From a candidate division WOR-3 bacterium (GTDB lineage: Bacteria > Hydrothermota > Tepidihabitantia > Tepidihabitantales > Tepidihabitantaceae): DNA of 64,000 nucleotides. The stretch covers positions 32,001 to 96,000 of the forward strand of contig CBFGKH010000004.1 of assembly GCA_965649295.1 (NCBI GenBank), given 5' to 3'. The notes under the pieces were generated by a model. That model ran no database searches. It was not told the DNA's origin and saw only the letters and a list, made by a program, of their open reading frames with translations. Positions 56,265 to 64,000 of this stretch are shown here, piece after piece. The translations under genes were made by a program, and so were the position numbers. The stretch's first letter is position 1. Each line of letters starts with the position of its first letter.

Positions 56265-57125
56265 TTAGTCAGTAGCAACTGTCCGCAATGGCCGCACCCG
56301 GCCAGTGAGGCGGGCCAAGAACCGGCCACGCTGTTCGTCTCGGCCTGGACAGCGCCGTGCCAGTGGCGGCGCACCGACGTAGAAGTAGGCATCTGGCGGC
56401 TCGTTGATTGCATTGAAGAAACCGTGGCCACAGCCGCGGATGTTCCCGATGTCGCCCGGCTCGATTGGCGGGCCGTTGCCGCACCAGACATCGACGATTG
56501 CGTCTCCCTCAACCAACGTTACCACATCCGGACCAAACACGCGCTCCGGCGCAATCGAATAGGCCGTATCATGCATCAGCGTGTCGAAGTAGACGTCGCG
56601 GCTGTCCCACTCGCTCAGTGAATCAAGATAGTCATACGTAATCCAGAGCGACAGCCAGTACCACTGGGCAGCCGGTGCCCGACGCCAGGTAATGACAAGC
56701 GTTGACTCAAGCCCCATGATGTAGTTGCCACGCGGCGTAGTGATACGAAAATCGCCGGGCATTGTCACTCGTGCGAATGCCTCACCCCAATAGTGCTTAA
56801 CACTAAGGTCAAACAGACTTAGCGGCAGATTGGGCTGGTCGTCGCCGTACTGATAGCGGGTGGCACTGTAGTAGTAGATGTAAACCGGCCAGTCATTGAG
56901 CGTGAGAATCGGAACCATTCGTAGTCCACGGGCGTCAACAACTTCAAAGTCACGCTGATAGTCGCTCGAACCATCGGCGTAGTCAATCTTGTACACATAA
57001 CCGTTGATGAATGGTTCGCTGTATTCGGGATGGAGTCCGGCAGGAGATTGGTCTTTACAGCCGGCAACCAGCAAACCGGCCAGCGCTACTAACACAAACC
57101 AGTCACGAGAAGGGAACAGCGTCAC
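56265..57125 (-). CDS. Hypothetical lipoprotein
   Basis: Lipobox LVAGC; abuts dnaN stop. Confidence 0.65.
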   Translation of the reverse strand: MTLFPSRDWFVLVALAGLLVAGCKDQSPAGLHPEYSEPFINGYVYKIDYADGSSDYQRDFEVVDARGLRMVPILTLNDWPVYIYYYSATRYQYGDDQPNLPLSLFDLSVKHYWGEAFARVTMPGDFRITTPRGNYIMGLESTLVITWRRAPAAQWYWLSLWITYDYLDSLSEWDSRDVYFDTLMHDTAYSIAPERVFGPDVVTLVEGDAIVDVWCGNGPPIEPGDIGNIRGCGHGFFNAINEPPDAYFYVGAPPLARRCPGRDEQRGRFLARLTGRVRPLRTVATD

Positions 57126-58219
57126 TAGTCGAGCCGAATCGGCATCAGCACATAGGTATCATCGCAGTCTGGCCGTTGCTCGGCCGGACGGAATAGGCCA
57201 GCAGCGAGCGGGTTGGAGAGCTCAATCACAACCTTTTCTGAACTGATACGACGCAGTATGTCAAGCAGGTACGTCACGTTGAATCCAATCCGGATCGGGT
57301 CACCGGTATACTCACAGTCAACCTCTTCCTCACTGCGACCGATATCAGGTGTCTCCGCCGTTATCCGCAACCGATTCTTCTTGAACTCAAGTGCTGCGAG
57401 TCGCCCCACCGGATGAGCAAAAATCAGTGCTCGCCGCAACACTGCTGCCAACGTGTCGATCCCAATTATGGCCCGGCTGGGATAACCCTTAGGGATGACC
57501 CGCTCGTAATCGGGAAACTGCCCCTCGATCAGCCGAGTAACAATCACCGTATTCTGGAATACAAACCCGACCCGGGTCGGGTCAAGATGGAGGGTAACCT
57601 TCTCTTCACCCCGTGGGAACAACGCGAACGGCTTGGTCGCGATGATGAACTTGGCCTTGGCTGGAAACTTGCCCTTTCTAATAACCAGCGCCAGCCGATG
57701 GCCGTCAGTCGCGACCATTCGCGCCTCAGTCTTACCAATTTCCCAATTCACCCCGCACATTACCGGCCGACCCTCATCTTTTGATACCGCAAACGCTACG
57801 CTATCGAACAGTTCCTGTATCGTCACCAGGGGTAGCTCAACCGTGACGCCCTCGGGTAGCTTGGGGTTGTCGGGAAACTCGGTCGGATCAACACCGGAAA
57901 GAATGGACCGAGCTCGACCAGTCTCAACGATTAGACTAAGGTCTTTGCCCTGAAGTACCACACGCTCACCACTAGCCTCGCGAACGACATCAGCTAGCTT
58001 GCGGCCGGACACTAGAAACGTGCCGTCCTCAGCCGCTGAATCAAGCTGAAACTCCTTCCGGACGAACGTGTCGAGATCGGTTGCCGCCAGCGCCAGTTTG
58101 CCGTCGGCAATGGTCACAAGGATGTTCTGCAACAACTGATGAGGCGTCCGCGCCGGAATGACGTTTACGACCCCAATCAGCATATCAGCCAGAATGTCAC
58201 GGCTAATCTCACAGCGCAT
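57125..58219 (-). CDS. dnaN: DNA polymerase III beta sliding clamp
   Basis: ATDLD, EFP, RP.M.GV, VATDGHRLA, RLIEGQFPDY.RVIP, IGFN..YL.D, YVLMPIRL; SD AAGGAG. Confidence 0.95.
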   Translation of the reverse strand: MRCEISRDILADMLIGVVNVIPARTPHQLLQNILVTIADGKLALAATDLDTFVRKEFQLDSAAEDGTFLVSGRKLADVVREASGERVVLQGKDLSLIVETGRARSILSGVDPTEFPDNPKLPEGVTVELPLVTIQELFDSVAFAVSKDEGRPVMCGVNWEIGKTEARMVATDGHRLALVIRKGKFPAKAKFIIATKPFALFPRGEEKVTLHLDPTRVGFVFQNTVIVTRLIEGQFPDYERVIPKGYPSRAIIGIDTLAAVLRRALIFAHPVGRLAALEFKKNRLRITAETPDIGRSEEEVDCEYTGDPIRIGFNVTYLLDILRRISSEKVVIELSNPLAAGLFRPAEQRPDCDDTYVLMPIRLD

Positions 58220-58392
58220 GGAATCTCCTTTGCATCAGGGGAGGCATGTTCCGGCTATACTTCTACCACAACCCGACCGACTGTCAAGCAAAGCCCCGAC
58301 CGGTTGCCAAAACACGGTAGGCTCATCCTAATCACCGCTCATCCTGCCAATCGCTGCCTTGACAGTCGGGCCTCCAAGCCGAGAATCGAACC

Positions 58393-58902
58393 ATGCGCTT
58401 GCTTACCAGCTATCTGGCCAGCATGGTCCTGACCGCTATCCTAATCCTGGGCTGTGGCTACTCCACCCACTCACTGCTGCCAGCCCACATCCGCAAGGTC
58501 GCCATCTTGCCATCCGAGAATACAACCACCCAGCCCGACCTGGCCGAAATACTGACCGACTCACTGATCGCTGCCTTTCGCACCGACCGCACCCTGCTCG
58601 TGACGAGTGAACCCGAAGCCCAGCTCACTGTCGCCACGACGGTAGCATCATACTCCCGGGACCCTGTCGCCTACACCGACGCACAGTCAATCAATCGCTA
58701 CCGACTAGCAGTCAGCGCCACTGTCCAGGCTGTGGACCGTACCCGCGACGAGACTCTTTTCGACGGCTCGATATCAGCCGACCTGACCTACAACCCCGAT
58801 TCGCTGCCTTCGACCGGACTAAGCGCTGAGGAAACCGCGGCCCGACGATTACTAGGCAAGCTGGCACGCGAGGTTGTTCGCCAAGTTCTGACCACGTGGT
58901 AG
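58393..58902 (+). CDS. lptE: LptE-like LPS-assembly lipoprotein
   Basis: Lipobox LGCGYS, LP.HI..V.I...EN.T, C-terminal LA..VV......W. Confidence 0.75.
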   Translation: MRLLTSYLASMVLTAILILGCGYSTHSLLPAHIRKVAILPSENTTTQPDLAEILTDSLIAAFRTDRTLLVTSEPEAQLTVATTVASYSRDPVAYTDAQSINRYRLAVSATVQAVDRTRDETLFDGSISADLTYNPDSLPSTGLSAEETAARRLLGKLAREVVRQVLTTW

Positions 58903-60215
58903 TCGAGCTCTATGTTGACCGTCTCGTGCAGGGTGGCGACGGCATTGCCGAACTAAACGGGCTAAAGGTATTCGTCCGTAACGCAGCCCCGGGTGAACTA
59001 GTCCGTGCCCACATCCGTGATCGGAAACGCGACTACTGGGTGGCTGACACCGTTGACATCCTCCAGCCATCGCCGGTCCGAATCACGCCCGCTTGCCCAT
59101 TGTTCGGCAAATGCGGCGGCTGTCAGTTGCAGCACATCAGTTATGAAGGACAGCTCGCTATCAAGCAACAGTTTGTTATTGAGGCAATGCGCCGCGTTGG
59201 TCATCTGTCAGCACCCGTCGGTGAAGTTATCGCTGCCCCAGCCCCTTTTCGCTATCGTAACAAGACCCAGTATCCGGTTGGTCCCGGTCCCCGAATCGGT
59301 TTCTACCGCCGGGCCACCCACGAGCTGGTCGATGTTCGTGTCTGCCTGCTCCATCCGGCAGGGTTTGACGACCTACGACAGACCATCAGCGAGGCGGCTG
59401 TCAGCAGCGGTGAGAACGGCTATGACGAGCAAACCGATTCCGGTAACCTGCGCCACATTATCATCCGCGAAAGCGGCAGCGCCGACCACCTACTGCTAAC
59501 AATCGTCACAAGACACAGCCGACTGAATAAGTCATTTGTTGACAGACTAACGCAGGCCAAGAGACTGGACGGCATCGTGCAGAATATCAATCCTCACCGT
59601 ACCAACCGCATTCTCGGCACCACCGAAAAGTTACTGGCTGGCAGCGCAACAAGCTGGCAGACCGTTGCCGGCCGCACTTTTCGTGTTTCTTCCTCTTCTT
59701 TCTTCCAGATCAACCGCGAGCAGACCACAGCTCTGACGAGTGAGGTCCTGCGCCTGGCCGAACCCAGCGGCAGTGAGACCGTGCTTGACCTATTCTGTGG
59801 CGTCGGGCTACTCGCGCTGCTGGTTGCTCCCCATGTTGCCCACGTTACTGGTGTCGAGCTCGACTCCGGAGCAATCGCTGACGCCCGATTCAATGCCCAA
59901 GCATTTGGCCTCGACAATGTCGAGTTCATCGCCGCCGATGTTGCCGAGGTAGTGACCAGTCTGCCCCGAGCTGACCTCGTTCTTCTTGACCCACCCCGCA
60001 AGGGCTGCCAGCCCCAGACAATTAGTCGCATTGCCGAGCTGCGACCGCACCGCATCATCTACGTCTCCTGTAACCCAGTAACCCTCGCCCGTGACCTTGC
60101 GATGTTTGCTCAGTTGGGCTATGCAGCCAAGGTATTGATGCCTGTTGACATGTTCCCCCAGACTTACCATATTGAAACGGTCGCCTGTCTCGACCGCGCG
60201 GCCCCGACCAGATGA
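58896..60215 (+). CDS. rlmD: 23S rRNA m5U methyltransferase (TRAM plus Fe-S)
   Basis: C..F..CGGC.LQH, YRNK, FFQIN, DLFCGVG, DPPRKG, YVSCNP.TLARD, DMFPQT.HIE. Confidence 0.92.
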   Translation: MVVELYVDRLVQGGDGIAELNGLKVFVRNAAPGELVRAHIRDRKRDYWVADTVDILQPSPVRITPACPLFGKCGGCQLQHISYEGQLAIKQQFVIEAMRRVGHLSAPVGEVIAAPAPFRYRNKTQYPVGPGPRIGFYRRATHELVDVRVCLLHPAGFDDLRQTISEAAVSSGENGYDEQTDSGNLRHIIIRESGSADHLLLTIVTRHSRLNKSFVDRLTQAKRLDGIVQNINPHRTNRILGTTEKLLAGSATSWQTVAGRTFRVSSSSFFQINREQTTALTSEVLRLAEPSGSETVLDLFCGVGLLALLVAPHVAHVTGVELDSGAIADARFNAQAFGLDNVEFIAADVAEVVTSLPRADLVLLDPPRKGCQPQTISRIAELRPHRIIYVSCNPVTLARDLAMFAQLGYAAKVLMPVDMFPQTYHIETVACLDRAAPTR

Positions 60216-61711
60216 AACTAACCGGCCGACTCATAAGTCACCCCAGCGCTGCACCAGTGCCAGCCGCAATCACGATTACCAACAGTCGCATCGCGCAAAT
60301 CGAACCCACCACGCTGCCGGCCGGTCCCTATATCCTTGCTGGCCTAATTGACTCTCACACCCATCCGCTCGAAGCCGGGCTTGCCGAACTGTATCCAAGT
60401 CTCACCGCCGTGACTTCCATCACTGAACTGCTCGATGCACTCAGCAGCAGTCTGAACGTCGGCAGAGATGCTGGTACCCTGCTGGCATTCAATCTCGAAC
60501 CTGATAAACTGACCGAAGGCCGCTATCCGACCCGCACCGAAATTGACAAAGTGACTGGCCAACTGCCAGCAATGGTCTATCGTGTTGACGGTCACTCCGC
60601 GGTGCTCAATTCGGCTGCCCTTAGACTTCTGGTTGATATACCTGCCACCGGGCTCGAACTCGGTGCGGACGAAAGGCCAACCGGCGTCATCCGTGGCCCG
60701 GCCTACGAATACGCCTCCCGTTTCTTCAAGCGCCGGCTCTCCCCGACAACGATCCATGCCGCTCTCGAACTGGCTGCCCGGCAAGCAGCCAGCCAGGGAG
60801 TTACCACGATTGGCGCATTTGTTGGTGACGACGACCTGACCGAATCTGCTTGGCAGGTGTTGATTGACGGCCTTAGCCGTCTGAACATCACCGCCATACC
60901 GTATCTTCAGACCTGGAATCTCTCTTGGGCCAGCCGTTTCGGACTGAACCAGCTTGGCGGCTGTCTGCTGATTGACGGCTCATTCGGCTCCCGGACCGCT
61001 GCCCTGGAACAGGACTATGCTGACGCACCTAGCAATCAGGGGCTGCTCTATGTGACCGATGATCGATTGGTTAGTTTCTATCAGGAGGCCGAAACGCTTG
61101 GTATCGCAACCGCTGTCCACGCCATCGGTGACCGAGCCATCGCCCAGGTCTTACGCTGTTTGGCTCGAGCCAGCGCAACCCGCCAGCGCCATCGGATCGA
61201 ACATGCCGAATTGCTGAACGATCAGCTAATCCTGCGCATCGCTGAACTGGCTGTTATCCTCGGCGTCCAACCGGTGTTCGAGCAAACCTGGGGCGGGCCA
61301 AATGGAATGTATGCCCGGCGCCTAGGCAGCCGCTGGCAGAATACCAATCCTTTCCGCGAACTGCTTGAACACGGCGTAACCCTCGCCGGTGGTTCTGACG
61401 CACCGATCACACCCATCAATCCTCTTGCCGGTATCAGAGCAGCGGTCGAGCATCCGAACCCGGTTCAGCGTATCCCACCCGAGCCAGCACTGGCGATGTT
61501 CACAACCGGCGCAGCCTTTGCCCTGCAGCTAGAGAAGCAGATTGGCACGGTCGAGCTGGCCAAGCAGGCTGACCTCACCCTGCTCACTGGCGATCCGCGT
61601 CACGATCACAATTGCGCTGTCATCGCCACAATCCACCAGGGCAGATTCATCTACCAGAATCGGGCGTTGATTGACCAATATGGAATCGCAGGCGAAAAGA
61701 CTGACTCCTAA
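60212..61711 (+). CDS. Amidohydrolase-3 (YtcJ-like) metal-dependent hydrolase
   Basis: GLIDSHTH, DGHS..LNS, DGSFGSRTA, HAIGDRA, RIEHA, GSDAP. Confidence 0.88.
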   Translation: MKLTGRLISHPSAAPVPAAITITNSRIAQIEPTTLPAGPYILAGLIDSHTHPLEAGLAELYPSLTAVTSITELLDALSSSLNVGRDAGTLLAFNLEPDKLTEGRYPTRTEIDKVTGQLPAMVYRVDGHSAVLNSAALRLLVDIPATGLELGADERPTGVIRGPAYEYASRFFKRRLSPTTIHAALELAARQAASQGVTTIGAFVGDDDLTESAWQVLIDGLSRLNITAIPYLQTWNLSWASRFGLNQLGGCLLIDGSFGSRTAALEQDYADAPSNQGLLYVTDDRLVSFYQEAETLGIATAVHAIGDRAIAQVLRCLARASATRQRHRIEHAELLNDQLILRIAELAVILGVQPVFEQTWGGPNGMYARRLGSRWQNTNPFRELLEHGVTLAGGSDAPITPINPLAGIRAAVEHPNPVQRIPPEPALAMFTTGAAFALQLEKQIGTVELAKQADLTLLTGDPRHDHNCAVIATIHQGRFIYQNRALIDQYGIAGEKTDS

Positions 61712-61720
61712 CCAAGACAT

Positions 61721-63475
61721 ATGGCAACAGAAACCTCCAGACAGAAGAATCAGGAACTGGCCGCCATCTTTGAACGGATTGCCGATGCCCTGACCATCAA
61801 AGGCGAGACCGGCTTTCGCGTGCTGGCCTATCGCAAGGCGAGCCGCGTGCTGAATGAGCTAACCGAGAGTATTGAGGACCTCAACCGCCAGGGACGGCTC
61901 GAACAGGTGCCGGGTCTTGGTGCCGGTCTAATCAAGAAAGCTCGCGAGTTCCTAGCGACCGGCCGGGTCGCCAAATTAGAAGAAGCCACCCGCGGACTGC
62001 CACCCGGTCTGTTCGAAATGCTCAAGATTCAAGGCGTCGGCCCCAAAACTGTCAAGCTCGCATTTGAACAACTCGGCATCACCGATGTTGAAGGCCTGAA
62101 AAAGGCAATTGCCGATGGCCGATTGGCCGGTCTGCCAGGAATGGGAGAGAAACGCTCTGCCAATATCCTGCAGGGCATCCGTTCTGGCGAACATGCTGGC
62201 GAGCGGATGTACTTGGACGAGGCCATCGCCCTCAGCGACAGTCTCCTCGACTATCTGCGCCGTGCGCCCGGAGTCAGCGAACTGGTCTGTGCCGGCTCGC
62301 TGCGCCGGGGTGCCGAGACTGTCGGCGACATTGATATTCTGGCCTGTGGGCGTTCCGGCCCAGCCATCATCAAACACTTTGTTCAGCACCCGGCAATCGA
62401 GCAAGTTCTGAGTGCCGGCGACACCAAGGCATCAGTCCTTGTTCACAGCCGACAGACACTCCGCCAGGTTGACCTGCGGGTCCTGCGCCGTGCCGAATAC
62501 GGTGCTGCCCTCCAATATTTCACCGGGTCCAAGGAACACAATGTCGCACTGAGGACGCTTGCCCAGAAACGCGGGCTCAAGCTTTCTGAATACGGCCTAT
62601 TTCGCAGCGACCGACGCATTGCTGGCCGCACCGAAACCGGTATTTATCGAGCGCTTGGCCTGCAGTACATCGAACCTGAGCTGCGCGAGAACCGTGGCGA
62701 AATCGAGGCCGCCAGCCAGCACCGGCTACCTCGGCTTGTTACCCTCGCTGACATCCGTGGCGACTTGCATATGCACACGGCCATGTCGGACGGCCGTTCA
62801 AGCTTTGCCGAGATGGTGGCTGCGTGCCGGCGCCGTGGCTACCGCTACATGGCTGTCGCCGACCATTCGGTCTCAGCCAACTATGCCGGCGGCCTCTCCG
62901 CCGATGCCCTGGAACGACACTGCGACGCCGTTGACCGACTGAATGAAAAGCTGAGAGGCTTCCGTGTCCTCAAGGCCAACGAAGTTGATATCACGTTGAG
63001 TGGCGAGCTTGACTATCCCGACCGCATTCTGCAACGGCTCGACTACGTCACCGGCTCAATCCACCAGGGCTTTCGTAAGGACGTCACGCGTCGCATCTGC
63101 GCTGCTCTCGCCCATCCGCTGCTGCACGCTGTCTCCCACCCAACCGGCCGCATCATTGGCCAACGTCCAGGCTACGAGGTTGACATCGAACAGGTAATCG
63201 AAACCGCAGCAAGATACGGTAAGCTACTGGAAATCAATGCGTTCTATGCCAGGCTCGACCTTAGCGACATCTGGGCTCGCCGCGCTGCCCAGCAAGGCGT
63301 CCGGCTTGTCATCAACACCGACGCCCATTCTGTTGCCGACCTCGAATGGATGCGCTATGGCGTCTTGACTGCTCGCCGTGCGTGGCTCACCAGCGACGAT
63401 ATCGCCAATACCCGGCCACTTACCGGTCTGCTACGACTCTTACGGCAAATCCGCGAGGGAAAGAAATCCGACTAG
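61721..63475 (+). CDS. polX: DNA polymerase X with PHP exonuclease domain
   Basis: AYRKA, HhH GVGPKT, GSLRR..ETVGDIDIL, VDLR, YFTGSKEHN, DLHMHT..SDG, NTDAH. Confidence 0.94.
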   Translation: MATETSRQKNQELAAIFERIADALTIKGETGFRVLAYRKASRVLNELTESIEDLNRQGRLEQVPGLGAGLIKKAREFLATGRVAKLEEATRGLPPGLFEMLKIQGVGPKTVKLAFEQLGITDVEGLKKAIADGRLAGLPGMGEKRSANILQGIRSGEHAGERMYLDEAIALSDSLLDYLRRAPGVSELVCAGSLRRGAETVGDIDILACGRSGPAIIKHFVQHPAIEQVLSAGDTKASVLVHSRQTLRQVDLRVLRRAEYGAALQYFTGSKEHNVALRTLAQKRGLKLSEYGLFRSDRRIAGRTETGIYRALGLQYIEPELRENRGEIEAASQHRLPRLVTLADIRGDLHMHTAMSDGRSSFAEMVAACRRRGYRYMAVADHSVSANYAGGLSADALERHCDAVDRLNEKLRGFRVLKANEVDITLSGELDYPDRILQRLDYVTGSIHQGFRKDVTRRICAALAHPLLHAVSHPTGRIIGQRPGYEVDIEQVIETAARYGKLLEINAFYARLDLSDIWARRAAQQGVRLVINTDAHSVADLEWMRYGVLTARRAWLTSDDIANTRPLTGLLRLLRQIREGKKSD

Positions 63476-64000
63476 CGGGACTTAGTCTTATCCCGCAGCC
63501 AGCGACAGGCAGTCAGTAGCTCCCGCGCCGAGCCCGGGGCGTGCTCGCCTGGAGTCAGAACCAGCTTCGTCACCAGCCCTTTGCTGTTGAATAGCTGCTG
63601 CATCTGCTCGTTCTGCACCCGATTCCAATCCTTCTGACGCGAGACCAGATAGACATAGCGGTTGCCCAACCTCTCCCAGTCTGCCAGCGGCACCGCTCCG
63701 GCATGGGCACAAGTCGCAACCACACCCCGAATCAGCTCTGGCCAGCAGAACAAGGCGGCCAGCGCTTGCACACCCTGGCCGGAAAAACCAAACACGAAAA
63801 CCCGTGTCGTATCAATTGGCAGGCTGCGCAGCTTCCCGAGCGTCTTCCTGATACTCTGATTGTTCAGCTCGCCGGAACGGTGGTTCCTGGTGGCGTGACA
63901 GGTGGCCAATACCCAGCCCAGCGAGTCAGCAACAATCCGACAGGTGTCAACATCAGTCGCGGTCGCACCGGTACAGGAAAGAATCAGCAACGCCGGTGCT
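63472..64000 (-). CDS. Alpha/beta-hydrolase (esterase-like), N-terminus probably outside the window
   Basis: GFSGQG nucleophile elbow after D..RVFV; C-terminal GEH. Confidence 0.65.
   Translation of the reverse strand, partial: APALLILSCTGATATDVDTCRIVADSLGWVLATCHATRNHRSGELNNQSIRKTLGKLRSLPIDTTRVFVFGFSGQGVQALAALFCWPELIRGVVATCAHAGAVPLADWERLGNRYVYLVSRQKDWNRVQNEQMQQLFNSKGLVTKLVLTPGEHAPGSARELLTACRWLRDKTKSR

Noticed and set aside
1055..63859. Numerous antisense or alternate-frame ORFs in the track (e.g. 1055..1522, 30747..31358, 55232..55921)
   Set aside because: They are shadows of well-supported genes in a GC-rich genome and show no independent motifs.

Overview
Chromosomal, moderately GC-rich, mostly housekeeping window from a diderm bacterium. 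The combination of a SprA-type translocon, several T9SS-type C-terminal sorting domains, LptE, IorAB/Buk and PTS EI/HPr suggests an FCB-superphylum anaerobe, such as candidate division WOR-3. That taxonomic call is inference. The window contains degP, folD-ispA-dxs-sprA, a ugd-uxs-GT2-ftsEX-envC-holB run, dinG, buk-iorAB, gap-pgk-tpi, secG-rplU, tRNA-Val(CAC), ptsH-ptsI-pgi/pmi-NTP-transferase-tgt-livK, an internally deleted IS1202-like relic, spt plus a GNAT (candidate ceramide pathway), a DUF559 nuclease, tmRNA, dnaN, lptE-rlmD-amidohydrolase-polX. The most unusual observation is a secreted repeat protein (23358-24761) interrupted by one in-frame UGA directly after Cys and followed by a SECIS-like hairpin, making it a candidate new Cys-Sec selenoprotein exported by T9SS. 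Also notable are many sigma70-like promoters, mostly with a 16-bp spacer, placed 5-8 nt before start codons (leaderless mRNAs), and the spt/bCerS-like pair. No CRISPR array, rRNA or prophage was recognised.
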